A stretch of DNA of 64,000 nt from an uncultured Candidatus Poseidoniales archaeon (GTDB lineage: Archaea; Thermoplasmatota; Poseidoniia; Poseidoniales; Poseidoniaceae). Location of the stretch: contig CAJJCM010000026.1 of assembly GCA_905182635.1 (NCBI GenBank), positions 3,568 through 67,567 on the forward strand, read 5' to 3'. Shown in pieces: positions 49,083 through 59,582 of this stretch; the first letter of the stretch is position 1; each line of letters opens with the position of its first letter. The translations under genes were made by a program, and so were the position numbers. The notes below the pieces were generated by a model, which was not told the DNA's origin, did not search any database, and was given only the letters and a program-made list of their open reading frames with translations.

Positions 49083-50384
49083 TCATTCAAACTGAGTAAG
49101 CGAAGACTGCGAGGGTTTAATCCATTCACGGACATTGATTTCGAGTTCATCTCGAATCGCATCAGGGACGAAAATAAGCACTCGCTCGTTTGGCTGGCTG
49201 AGTGAACGGACCAGCGGCGAGTGATCGGCTGCATCTCGGCCATCTTCAAGGATAATTCCTTGTTCATAAGGCATGTAGCCACGTTTTGAGATGCGAGCTG
49301 TGATGACATCGATTGAGGGATTGTATCCAGCAGCTTCAACCAGAGGCTTGAGTCTTGGTAAGACCACATCAACCATTTCAGCAGAGAGGCCTTCAATCCG
49401 CAACGATTTATGGAAATCTCTACGTGAGAGCAAACGCATTGCATAATGGGCCAAAATTGTGTCCTGGTGCTCTGCCCACTCGGGTAAAGCCACGCGTATG
49501 TGTGCATCATTCAATGCAGCATATCCTTTGGCATCAAGTGCGGGATTCAACAACATATTCTCGAGTGGTGGTGAGAGTTGGAGTGAACCTTCTTTGGCAA
49601 GATTACGAGCACGTGAAAGCATTCTGACAAGATAATTTTGAGTCAACATATTGACTTTATGGAAATAGACTTGATGATACATATGGTAACGAGTAACAAG
49701 ATAGGCTTCGATTGCAGGCAAGCCCCACGATTTCACATAGAAATGACCCTCTTTGTTGACACGCAGCGCACGAATAACCCGAGCAATGTCAAAACCGCCG
49801 ATTTGTGCACCTGTATTTGCTTGGTCTCGAACCATGTAATCCATACGGTCAACATCCAGTTGACTGGAGACTATTTCTTTCATGTAAGGTGGAATCGTAA
49901 TCCCTTCGTGTTCAGATGCTCCATCCATGAGTGCGAATAAACGATCTCGGCGTTGTTGGCCGAGTACCTCGAGGAGTGCCATTCCGATTTCAGTATCTTC
50001 GGATTCCAGTAAGACTCGGCCCCAGTGTTCATGTGAATGATAGGTCGCAAACACTTCTGGAGTTTCCAACACGTGTGAAAATGGTGGGTGGCCAATATCG
50101 TGAAGCAATGCAGCTAATCGGATCAGTTCACTGTCTTCACCTGAAACAAGGTTGGGCTGAACTTCATTGAGCGAAGAGATCAATGTTCCTGCCAAGTGGT
50201 AGGCGCCGAGTGAATGTGAAAAACGATTATGGTTGGCGGCGGGGAATACATACTCACAGGTAGAGAGTTGTTGGATTGAACGAAGACGTTGAAACTCACG
50301 TGTATCGATTATTTTTGCATGGCTCGCAGGAACGAGAATATCTTTGTGAATCTCATCACGAATCACACGGTCACGCATAGCCAT
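49083..50384 (-). CDS. HD-domain phosphohydrolase (SAMHD1/YwfO-like dNTP triphosphohydrolase family)
   Basis: FQRLRSIQQL, HNRFSHSLG, LHDIGHPPFSH, DVDRMDY and VYFHK motifs. Start among ATGs 50378-50390. Confidence 0.88.
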   Translation of the reverse strand: MAMRDRVIRDEIHKDILVPASHAKIIDTREFQRLRSIQQLSTCEYVFPAANHNRFSHSLGAYHLAGTLISSLNEVQPNLVSGEDSELIRLAALLHDIGHPPFSHVLETPEVFATYHSHEHWGRVLLESEDTEIGMALLEVLGQQRRDRLFALMDGASEHEGITIPPYMKEIVSSQLDVDRMDYMVRDQANTGAQIGGFDIARVIRALRVNKEGHFYVKSWGLPAIEAYLVTRYHMYHQVYFHKVNMLTQNYLVRMLSRARNLAKEGSLQLSPPLENMLLNPALDAKGYAALNDAHIRVALPEWAEHQDTILAHYAMRLLSRRDFHKSLRIEGLSAEMVDVVLPRLKPLVEAAGYNPSIDVITARISKRGYMPYEQGIILEDGRDAADHSPLVRSLSQPNERVLIFVPDAIRDELEINVREWIKPSQSSLTQFE

Positions 50385-50508
50385 CCCCATGAAGCGGTCT
50401 GCTTTTCCATTAAAAAGGCCCCGCACGCAAAAAAACTTGGTGATTTGCGAAATAACAACTGAATGCTAAGGGACAATGCCTAAGCACGGGGGGTATGTGA
50501 ACACCAAC

Positions 50509-52257
50509 ATGGCAGATCCTCTGAAGGACATTATGCTAAAAATAACGGATGATAATCCTGCGACTCGTGGGCAAAAATTGTGGGTTATGTTTGCACTTTC
50601 TCTCTTCTTAGTTGCCACTTTGAATTGGTATGCAATGGTTCGAGAACCTCAAGTTGTCGAGATTGACGATTTAATTCAGCACAAAAATGAAGTTGTATTA
50701 GTCGAAGGAAAAGTCATTTCGTGGATTGAAGACCGATATGGCAATGGGGAAGACCGAGTCGATTTAGTTATTGAAGATGATACTGGCGTCATACAAGTAC
50801 GTTGGTTTTCAACCGGAACGATCCCTCCAATCGGTACCAATGTTACGGTGATGGGTGATGTTGTCGATTATAATGGCAGATTTTACATGCAAGCAACTGG
50901 TTCAGGTGCGTTGGATTGGGAGCCAGAAGATTTACCTGTTCTCGAACGAGTTTCTCTTTCAGATCTTGCCGTAGCTCCCGAAACCTACGTAGGGGAGATT
51001 TTGACTGTGACCGGATACATCAGTGAAGCTGTAAATCCAGATGCAACATTTACCTCTGCTTACCTCACAGATGCCTCGCACCAAATGCAACTCCTTGTTC
51101 AATCTGCTACAGGAGTTTGGATTGAATCCGATTCTAAAATTGAAGTGACTGGTATGCTCGCTTACCAAGAAATGAGTTTGCGATGGGCACTGATGACTCA
51201 AGGTCCGACCATCCTCGTCGTCACAAGCTATTCACCTCCAATCAATAATCTCGAATGGTCGGGTGAATCCACATGGAGTTACGAATCAGGAAGCATGGTC
51301 TCTATGGCAGGTACCGTATTGATTTCTAACGGCCAATGGACGCTGTCTGGGCCAAACGGCAACGTGATGTGTATTCTCCCAACCGATGAAGACATCACAA
51401 GCGCTGCTACGCAGGGTTACAACGGCTCTACTTACGAAGCCTCAGGCCGCTTAATGTGGAATGACGTTCGCAGCATGTGGTGTATTGATGCCAACAATGG
51501 TAATGGCACCAATCTCATTGACCCAATGTCCGCAATGTCGATGCAAGCCATGCTCTCCGCTAGCCCGGCATCAATGTTGCAAACACCTAGCAAACAATAC
51601 ACGCTCAGCACATTCATGCAATACTCCTTCGAACCACTCGATACGGAAGGCTATTTTGTTGATAGTCAGGGCTACACCTTTGGACAAACACGTGTGGCCA
51701 TGTCGTTCCCTTCAACACGAACCGAATGGATCGAAGCTGGTCAGGGCATCATTGCCAACGTCACTGTATCGTGGGACGACGAAAAAATGATGATGCGAAT
51801 CATGGTTGACACCTACCAGTTGGTTGGAAACCCTCCGGAACCTCAGACCATACTTTGGGACGCTGGAGCAACCCAATGGGGCTATACCAAGAACCAGTTA
51901 GTGTTAATCGATGGAAAAGCAGCCCTCCATGATGATGGCTGGTATCTCGAACGCCCAGGTTCAGAACAATCCATCAAACTAAATGTCCGACTCAATGCAA
52001 TTGGTACTGATACGTTGCACGAAAATCAATCCCTTACATGGAATGGAAGACTACGGCAAATCGAACATCCCAGTGATTTGGCTCTGGTCTTTTCTCTTGA
52101 TAATGCAGATGCTTTGGATGAGGATGGCGACCGTCTGGCAGATAGTTTTGAAGATGCCACCGGCTTCAATTCAAACACCATCGATTCGGATGGGGATGGA
52201 ATCAATGACCGCGAAGAAATGGAGAATGGAACCGGTCCAAACAACCAAAACTCCTGA
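50509..52257 (+). CDS. Membrane-anchored protein with tandem OB folds and C-terminal DxDGDG repeats
   Basis: TM near the N-terminus; VLVEGKV...IEDDTGVIQV...GTNVTVMGDV OB pattern with degenerate repeats; DEDGD/DSDGDG at the C-terminus. Confidence 0.72.
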   Translation: MADPLKDIMLKITDDNPATRGQKLWVMFALSLFLVATLNWYAMVREPQVVEIDDLIQHKNEVVLVEGKVISWIEDRYGNGEDRVDLVIEDDTGVIQVRWFSTGTIPPIGTNVTVMGDVVDYNGRFYMQATGSGALDWEPEDLPVLERVSLSDLAVAPETYVGEILTVTGYISEAVNPDATFTSAYLTDASHQMQLLVQSATGVWIESDSKIEVTGMLAYQEMSLRWALMTQGPTILVVTSYSPPINNLEWSGESTWSYESGSMVSMAGTVLISNGQWTLSGPNGNVMCILPTDEDITSAATQGYNGSTYEASGRLMWNDVRSMWCIDANNGNGTNLIDPMSAMSMQAMLSASPASMLQTPSKQYTLSTFMQYSFEPLDTEGYFVDSQGYTFGQTRVAMSFPSTRTEWIEAGQGIIANVTVSWDDEKMMMRIMVDTYQLVGNPPEPQTILWDAGATQWGYTKNQLVLIDGKAALHDDGWYLERPGSEQSIKLNVRLNAIGTDTLHENQSLTWNGRLRQIEHPSDLALVFSLDNADALDEDGDRLADSFEDATGFNSNTIDSDGDGINDREEMENGTGPNNQNS

Positions 52258-52266
52258 GGTATTCAC

Positions 52267-53778
52267 ATGCTTGAGGCCTATTTATATGAATTGAGTTGGA
52301 TGTTAGCAGCCTTGTTCATGGGTGTTGCAATGGGGACACTTACTGGAATCATTCCAGGTTTTCACGTCAACAATGTCGCACTGATTTTACTTGCTTTAGC
52401 ACCTGCATTGTTAAGTTTAGGAATTCCTCTTTCGGCAGTGGCTGGCATCATTGTTTCAACGGGAACAGTACATACATTTCTCAATTACATACCTTCGGCC
52501 TTGATGGGTGCGCCGGATGCTGACCAAGCGTTGTCACTCTTACCCGGTCACAGGATGTTACTCTCTGGAAATGCTGCACGTGGAGTTGCTTGGTCAGCTC
52601 GAGGCTCACAACTCGGTTTGTTCCTTTCACTCCCACTGATTATTGTGGCTCGTATTGCCTTTGGTCCCGAATTGGGCTGGTATACTCAATTACGTGCCTT
52701 TTTACCATTCATTTTACTGACGATTTCATTATTATTATTGGCGACTGAAACCACACGTCTCGATTGGCCAAAATGGTTGAAAATGGTAACGCGCGGAAAA
52801 CTCGGTAACGATTCTCGATTGGCAGGTTTCTTTTCCGCAACAGCCTTTTTCTTGCTCACCGGACTGTTTGGCTGGACCATCCTTGGCCCGCATTCACTCC
52901 CAGCACGTTCACCACTTGACATGCCTGGAGCGAGTCTTTTACTTCCGAGTTTAGCCGGATTATTTGGTATAGCCAATCTCCTCGATATTTATGCAACAAC
53001 ATCCCATCTTCCTCCACAGAAAGAAAACTGGGATTTGCCTCCTGTTAAGCCATTATTGGTTCCATGCTTTTGGTCAGGCGTCGCAGGAGCATCGATGGGT
53101 GTCCTCCCTGGAATGACGGCATCTCAAGCGACTGTCCTTGTCATGGGTGGACGAAACGTCGCTGCTAAAATGCAAGGCAAACAAGGCTTTGGAATGGATT
53201 GGGAAACTCGGCGACTCACTGAATTAACCGATGACGAATTACTCGAAATTGCAAAAGCCGAATCCGAAGAGGGCGTCGAAGGACCTCAAACGAAGCAAGA
53301 TTTGGAAATTATTGCGATTCTATCAGCGGTGAACACTGCTGTTACAGTATGTGTCCTTGGATTCCTCTACATCATCGGCCGTTCACGATCTGGTGCAACC
53401 TTGGCACTCAAAGCGATGTACCCTGTCGACACGTGGAGTAGTCTTGAACCAACTGCGGATTTCATTCGTTTGCTAGCCATCACTCTTGCTGCTGGCCTCA
53501 TGGCTATGCCCATTATGCGATTCGTCGGAAAAGGTATGTTGCGACTTCACGCAGCAATTCCATTACAACAGATGATTATGAGTGTCATTGTTTTCGTCGC
53601 TGCTCTGGTGTTCGTCAGTACTGGTTTCATCGGATTAGCAGTCCTCATTGTCGGAACCATGCTGGGGCTCTTACCTCCTCGATTAGGTATTCGCCGTAGT
53701 CACGCAATGGGTGTTATTTTAGTACCAATTACGTATCTCTTATTCGAGAACTTGGTCGATAACGCAGGATTCCTTTGA
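52267..53778 (+). CDS. Tripartite tricarboxylate transporter TctA-like permease (archaeal DUF112)
   Basis: GTLTGIIPGFHVN, HTFLNYIPS..GAPD..LSLLPGH, internal duplication GVLPG, terminal RRSHAMG; polytopic membrane protein. Confidence 0.85.
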   Translation: MLEAYLYELSWMLAALFMGVAMGTLTGIIPGFHVNNVALILLALAPALLSLGIPLSAVAGIIVSTGTVHTFLNYIPSALMGAPDADQALSLLPGHRMLLSGNAARGVAWSARGSQLGLFLSLPLIIVARIAFGPELGWYTQLRAFLPFILLTISLLLLATETTRLDWPKWLKMVTRGKLGNDSRLAGFFSATAFFLLTGLFGWTILGPHSLPARSPLDMPGASLLLPSLAGLFGIANLLDIYATTSHLPPQKENWDLPPVKPLLVPCFWSGVAGASMGVLPGMTASQATVLVMGGRNVAAKMQGKQGFGMDWETRRLTELTDDELLEIAKAESEEGVEGPQTKQDLEIIAILSAVNTAVTVCVLGFLYIIGRSRSGATLALKAMYPVDTWSSLEPTADFIRLLAITLAAGLMAMPIMRFVGKGMLRLHAAIPLQQMIMSVIVFVAALVFVSTGFIGLAVLIVGTMLGLLPPRLGIRRSHAMGVILVPITYLLFENLVDNAGFL

Positions 53779-53858
53779 ACAGGATTAAGTTATTCTTCGG
53801 AAAGGCTTAGGGAAAGTGATATGCCCTTAGACCGAATCCATGGCATGTTGGTGATACC

Positions 53859-56800
53859 ATGAATGCCGTCGTTCGCTCCCTCTGCCTCGCAACCCTCATG
53901 GTGATTTCAATAATTGCCCCCTTTGGTATTTCATCTCTTGAAGAGGTACCTGATGTGCCTGCAACTTCCAGTCGTTCACTGGCTTGTACAGGTGATATCT
54001 GCCTTAACGAAGCACTTCCAAATCCAAACGGCTACGATAATGCAAGTTGGTCAGGTGGCGAATGGATGGAGATTCATAACTCGGGAAACACAACCGTTGA
54101 TGTTCGAGATTGGTATTTAACCAATAAGGCTTCCAAAACTCTGTACTTCAATTCGACCTCGATTGTTGATTACGATACTATGGATTCTACCAGTTGGGAA
54201 ATTGAACCGGATGAATACATGGTCATCGCTCGAAATGGATTGCCAAGCTCGATTTTTTATCTGGCGAATACAAATGACATCATCTCGTTGTTCAATTCTT
54301 CCGGTGTTCAACTTGACCAAGCGACATGGACCTTTTCATCCTCTGCTCCTTCAGGCTCAAGCCTTGAAGAAGACAGTTTCAGTGCAACTGGTGACTGGGT
54401 TGCTACAAACGGTCCAACACCTGGCGCCATCAACTCTGGAGGCTCAACGGGTGGCCCAACTGTATACCCTTCTGATCTTGTCATCAATGAAGTCATGTCC
54501 AACCCTTGGCCTTCTTTCGATAACGCAACATGGCCAGGAGGCGAATGGGTTGAAATCTTCAACTCCGGAATGACCGCTATGAACTTGACAGGATGGTCCC
54601 TTCAAGATACTGCAGGCAATATTCTTGCCTTTGACGAAAACCATCTCGTCGGATATACGAACGATTCCAATTCGACCATCATCGCTCCGGGTGATACAAG
54701 AATCATTGCCGTTAACGGTTCTGGGAATTCTGGTGTATTGAACAATGGTGTCGAAACATTATCCTTGTTTTGGCCAAATGGAACCAAAGCACAACAAATC
54801 TCTTGGACTGATACTGAAGCTGGATTCGCACTTGTCGAGAGTTCATCATCCCAATACTGGACCTATGCTGCCTACCCAACTCCAAATGCAAGTAACCCTC
54901 TTGATTTTTCTATAATTGCCTCTACTCCCTCACCAATTGAATTTGCTGAATTATTATCAAACAGCAGTTCAGATGGTTCTACTTTCCCAGATGGGGAGTG
55001 GATTGAATTGCTCAATACTGGAAACACAACGGTGGATTTGTCAGGTTGGTCAGTCATTGATGGAATGGGTAATGTCACGTATCTAGACCCTGGTTCACTT
55101 GTCTTCAACCAAACTCAAGGTGCTACTTCAATTGATGCTGAAGAGCGACGACTGATTCAATTTAATGCTGATACTGAACTATGGGATTATTACAATCAAC
55201 TCATGCTTCGTGATTCAACTGGATTGATTGTTGATTCTGCTTGGTATACAACTGATTACGGTGAAAACATTTCGCTGATTCCTGCGGAAATGGATGCAGA
55301 CCCATGGGTCCCATCAACCTGGATGACACCCGGTCAACCAGACCCTGGTGAAACACCTTCAACAGGCCTCGCGATTTTCACCGAAGTATTTCCGGATGCT
55401 GTTGGCAATGATAATCAACAATGGCCCCTTGGAGAATGGCTTGAAATATACAACAATGGGACCGCTGCGCTTGACGTAGGTGGGTGGAAATTACAGTCCT
55501 CCAATAGTCGTTCACTGACTCTGCATCAATTCAACATGCCGCTCCAAGCAACCTCGATTATTCAACCGGGAGATGTCGCATTAATTGCTTTGAATGGTAC
55601 CACAAGTTTTTACCTAAAACACACGACTCCAGACTCTATTATCTTGATTGATGGAAACGGGAACATGGTTGATTCTATCTCTTGGGTTTCTACGACTGAA
55701 GGTGAATCTTTGATTGCTCCAAACAGCACGCACGCAGGTGCTGGACCTCTTGGAACAGGTGCATCAAACGGCAGTGATTGGATTCAATCCGCTTGGGCAA
55801 CTCCAGGCGAGGGGAATCCAGTTTGGCCAATGTATGCAGGCACCCATGACCTGGTTCTCACTGAAATTTTGGCGTATTGCAATGATGATTCAATCGACCC
55901 ACTGGAAGATTGGGTCGAAGTCATGAACGTTGGCACTCTTGATCTCAATTTGAGCCGATGGAGAGTTGATTCAAGTGATGGAGACCGACGCTTTTTCAGA
56001 ACAACTTCAATGTGGAATCAAACTGATGATTCGATGCTCCTCGCCCCACAAGAGCGCGCTGTCCTGCTGATGGAAAACAATGTAATTTCAGGTTTAGGAG
56101 ACCAATTACAACTCTCGGATCCTGATGGGAATTCGGTTCAAATGGCACAATGGAACATCGTCAGTGATTGCCAAACGATGGGGCCTGGCGAGACTGAACT
56201 CGACGGTTGGGAATTACTCCTTTGGCCAACTCCTGGCTACGAAGAGCCAGATGCGACCCTTTTTGCTGAGGCACAAGATATTGTCTTCAGCCGCTTTATG
56301 CCCGAAGGTTCAACCTCCATTTCAAGTAATACAGAATTCATTGAAATTACGAACATCGGTGATAGCCTTGCTTACATGGAGGGATGGACCTTCACACTCA
56401 TCAATTCAGCAAATGAAGCCACGGATTATTCCTTTGGTGAAGTCGCGATTCCTTCCAACGGTTCGGTGATTCTTGCTTCAGACCCAAGCGGTCTTTCTGT
56501 CTACGAAGATGGCACAATCATTGGATTTGATTCTGCCATGTCCATCTCGGGATTGACACTTCCTGATTCAGGGGCTGCTCTTCAGATATCAACGCCTTCG
56601 GGTGTCCTTGCAGATACAGTGGTCTACGGTAACGGTCCAGTTGAATCCGCAGGTTGGAGTGGTATTAGTTTGGTCGAACCTGTCACCAGTCTTTCTCTTC
56701 TTGTTTATCATCGCGGCGATGGATGTGGCAATTTACCAGATACTGATGTCGCCTTGGATTGGCAACATCGTTGGGGACGTTTAGGTGCAAGCACCTTCTG

Positions 56801-58775
56801 TGGTCCAACACTGTTCTCAGGCATAAGTACCATCACGCCATTGATTGGTCCTCAAGAAGGCCTCGTTGACTTGGTCGCCTGGATTGACAATGCTACTGAA
56901 TCGTTACATGTTCACCTTTATCAGATCGAACAGCCAAATTTGGTTCAAGCACTCATTGAAGCACATAACCGAGGTGTTGATGTTACCGTAGTTCTTAACG
57001 CTGCGGAATACTGGTGGAATAATTACGATAAGAACAACCAACTCGGCACGGCAAACATACTTGCAACTGCTGGAATCAATACGTTCTGGTTTGGTGGACA
57101 AAATGATGACCCTTATTCCTATATTCACAGCAAAGTAGCCGTAAAAGACAATGGAAGTGTATGGATTGGTTCAGGTAATTGGAAGAGTTCCTCACAACCT
57201 GCACCTGGTGAACGCGGAAACTCTGAATGGGGAGTCTTAATCGATAACGCAGACCTTGCTCAAAAGGTCATGAATCAACTTGCCTATGATGAATCTTCGA
57301 GTCGCACCTACATCACACAAGTCTACCCAGGTTCAGCACCATCCGATTGGTCGATGGATGCACTCAAACCCCTTGTCAATGGAACGATGGCGGAACCGAT
57401 TACAACCAATGTGTCTGGCCGTCTCATCACGTGCCCAGACACTTGTATTGACGGCTTGGTCTGGATGATTGAACAAGCAGATGAAGAAATTCTATTGTCG
57501 TTGCAATATCTCGATGTGGATTGGAGCTGGGGTTGGGGAGAGAATCCAATTGTCACCGCTTTGGAAAACGCTGCACAAAGTGGCATTCGTATTCGTTTGA
57601 TTTTGAACGGTGCTTATCTCGATAAGGATATTCAAGATGTCGTTGATACCTTCAATGAAGAATGGAACTCGACCCTTGGATACGACATCAATGCGATCAT
57701 CATGAGTGAAGATGATGAAGTTTCGAAATTGCATAACAAGGGTGTTATTGTTGATGCTGAGCACGTACTGATTTCATCAATTAATTGGGGTGATTCTGCC
57801 ACAACACGGAACCGTGAAATGGGCCTCATTCTCAGTAGCGCAGAAGTCACTGCTCCTTTCCTTGCTGGATGGTATCGGGATTGGGTCCGTACTGACAATG
57901 TGACGGATACCGATAACGATGGTCTGCCGGATTATTGGGAAGTGGCCAATGGACTCAACCGTACAACACGCACTCTTGCCATGCTCAATATTCTTGAGGG
58001 AGCGTATGATGCGGATGGAGATGGATTACTGAATGAAGTGGAATACATTTTCGGTAGTCATGCAACCAATCCTGATACCGATGGAGATTGTATTCCAGAT
58101 GCAATCGAAGTTTCGTGGGCACAAGCAACTGCTCAAGATTCTACGATTCCTGATGTCTCTCCAACCGCAGCATTGACACTTGCTGATGCTGATGGCGATG
58201 GTGTCAATGAATCAGAACTTCTTGGCTGTGACCTTGGTGGAATTCTGACTGATGGAAATCAAACTCTCATTGACAACAGCACATTAGATGATGACGCTGA
58301 TATGGTCATCAATCGGGATGACATCTGCCCGAATACCGGTGCAAATATTCCAGTTAACGTCGATGGTTGCTCGACTGAACAGAGAAATGCTAATGCTGCA
58401 CCGAGTGCCGATACAAGTTCTAATTTCGCCTCTGGAATGATGCTTACGTTCATGCTTGCAGGAATCGGATTGGCTGCTGGAGCATTCCTCATCTTGAGGA
58501 ACATCGAAACTGAGGGTGAAGAAATCAAGGATTTGATTACCATCGAGAGTGAAAACCTCGACGCACTTGCTGAAACGAATATTGATGCTGACAATTGGAA
58601 TATGCCGGTTCTTGACGGGAGTGGAGAAGCACCAATGCCTTCGGGACTTTCATCCGAAGATCTCGCACGTTGTCCAGGGTGGCCAGAAGCAACGATTCAA
58701 TCCTATCTTGACCAGGGATGGTCGATTGACCAACTGGCGGAGTACTATCAAGAACAGGTCAATGAACACGCTTGA
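53859..58775 (+). CDS. Surface protein with six lamin-tail domains, phospholipase D-like domain (two HKD motifs), DxDxDG repeats and C-terminal TM
   Basis: Six NE..P / EW.E..N / TPG LTD units; HSKVAVKD...GSGNW and HNKGVIVD...SSINW...NRE. Confidence 0.88.
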   Translation: MNAVVRSLCLATLMVISIIAPFGISSLEEVPDVPATSSRSLACTGDICLNEALPNPNGYDNASWSGGEWMEIHNSGNTTVDVRDWYLTNKASKTLYFNSTSIVDYDTMDSTSWEIEPDEYMVIARNGLPSSIFYLANTNDIISLFNSSGVQLDQATWTFSSSAPSGSSLEEDSFSATGDWVATNGPTPGAINSGGSTGGPTVYPSDLVINEVMSNPWPSFDNATWPGGEWVEIFNSGMTAMNLTGWSLQDTAGNILAFDENHLVGYTNDSNSTIIAPGDTRIIAVNGSGNSGVLNNGVETLSLFWPNGTKAQQISWTDTEAGFALVESSSSQYWTYAAYPTPNASNPLDFSIIASTPSPIEFAELLSNSSSDGSTFPDGEWIELLNTGNTTVDLSGWSVIDGMGNVTYLDPGSLVFNQTQGATSIDAEERRLIQFNADTELWDYYNQLMLRDSTGLIVDSAWYTTDYGENISLIPAEMDADPWVPSTWMTPGQPDPGETPSTGLAIFTEVFPDAVGNDNQQWPLGEWLEIYNNGTAALDVGGWKLQSSNSRSLTLHQFNMPLQATSIIQPGDVALIALNGTTSFYLKHTTPDSIILIDGNGNMVDSISWVSTTEGESLIAPNSTHAGAGPLGTGASNGSDWIQSAWATPGEGNPVWPMYAGTHDLVLTEILAYCNDDSIDPLEDWVEVMNVGTLDLNLSRWRVDSSDGDRRFFRTTSMWNQTDDSMLLAPQERAVLLMENNVISGLGDQLQLSDPDGNSVQMAQWNIVSDCQTMGPGETELDGWELLLWPTPGYEEPDATLFAEAQDIVFSRFMPEGSTSISSNTEFIEITNIGDSLAYMEGWTFTLINSANEATDYSFGEVAIPSNGSVILASDPSGLSVYEDGTIIGFDSAMSISGLTLPDSGAALQISTPSGVLADTVVYGNGPVESAGWSGISLVEPVTSLSLLVYHRGDGCGNLPDTDVALDWQHRWGRLGASTFCGPTLFSGISTITPLIGPQEGLVDLVAWIDNATESLHVHLYQIEQPNLVQALIEAHNRGVDVTVVLNAAEYWWNNYDKNNQLGTANILATAGINTFWFGGQNDDPYSYIHSKVAVKDNGSVWIGSGNWKSSSQPAPGERGNSEWGVLIDNADLAQKVMNQLAYDESSSRTYITQVYPGSAPSDWSMDALKPLVNGTMAEPITTNVSGRLITCPDTCIDGLVWMIEQADEEILLSLQYLDVDWSWGWGENPIVTALENAAQSGIRIRLILNGAYLDKDIQDVVDTFNEEWNSTLGYDINAIIMSEDDEVSKLHNKGVIVDAEHVLISSINWGDSATTRNREMGLILSSAEVTAPFLAGWYRDWVRTDNVTDTDNDGLPDYWEVANGLNRTTRTLAMLNILEGAYDADGDGLLNEVEYIFGSHATNPDTDGDCIPDAIEVSWAQATAQDSTIPDVSPTAALTLADADGDGVNESELLGCDLGGILTDGNQTLIDNSTLDDDADMVINRDDICPNTGANIPVNVDGCSTEQRNANAAPSADTSSNFASGMMLTFMLAGIGLAAGAFLILRNIETEGEEIKDLITIESENLDALAETNIDADNWNMPVLDGSGEAPMPSGLSSEDLARCPGWPEATIQSYLDQGWSIDQLAEYYQEQVNEHA

Positions 58776-58822
58776 ACATCACAAGATTGACAAAGGACCT
58801 CGATGTCCAAAGATTGATTGCT

Positions 58823-59572
58823 ATGGCCTACAACACAAGTAACCCTGTTCTTTCAAACAAGTTTTGGAGTAATATCGAAGGACATGAGTCCATGTCCTAT
58901 GAAGGGACAATGCAAAAAATTGGCATCATGTTCGGCACCACGGTCTTGTTTGCCGCATTAACTGCTTATGCTGCAATTGCGATTAACATGAATCTCGCCA
59001 TGGCCGCAATGATTATCGGTGGGATTACCGGTTTCATCCTTGTTCTCATTCTGGTTTTTTCTCGACCAAAGAATCCAGTGCCGTTAATGCTCTCCTATGC
59101 TGTATTCGAGGGCCTTTTTGTTGGAGGAGTTTCCCTGATCTTCGAACAGATGTATTCTGGAATTGTATTCCAAGCAGCAGTTGGAACAATGTGCATTGTT
59201 GGCGCCATGTATGGGCTGTATGCGACTCGGATTATCAAAGCCACTCCGATGTTTCAAAAGGTAGTCATGAGCCTCGTAATGGGTATTATGTTGTTGTATG
59301 TGGTCTCGTTTATCCTTTCCTTCATCCCAGGCTCTTTTCAAGTTCCATTCCTTCATTCATCAGGACCAATCGGAATTCTACTCACATTGTTTATTCTTGG
59401 TGTGGCTTCCTTGTGTTTAATTCTCGATTTTAATTTCATTGAAACTGGAATTCAACAACAAACACCGAAAGTGGGTGAATGGTGGGGGGCCTTTGGACTC
59501 CTTGTAACAGTCATTTGGATTTATATCGAAATGCTACGACTTCTCTCGAAAGTGCGTAGTAATCTCGACTGA
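58823..59572 (+). CDS. Bax inhibitor-1/YccA family membrane protein
   Basis: Seven TM helices, YAVFEG, LILDF...EWWGAFGLLVTVIWIYIEMLRLL signature. ATG 58823 preferred over TTG 58772. Confidence 0.88.
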   Translation: MAYNTSNPVLSNKFWSNIEGHESMSYEGTMQKIGIMFGTTVLFAALTAYAAIAINMNLAMAAMIIGGITGFILVLILVFSRPKNPVPLMLSYAVFEGLFVGGVSLIFEQMYSGIVFQAAVGTMCIVGAMYGLYATRIIKATPMFQKVVMSLVMGIMLLYVVSFILSFIPGSFQVPFLHSSGPIGILLTLFILGVASLCLILDFNFIETGIQQQTPKVGEWWGAFGLLVTVIWIYIEMLRLLSKVRSNLD

Positions 59573-59582
59573 TGAAGGTGGA

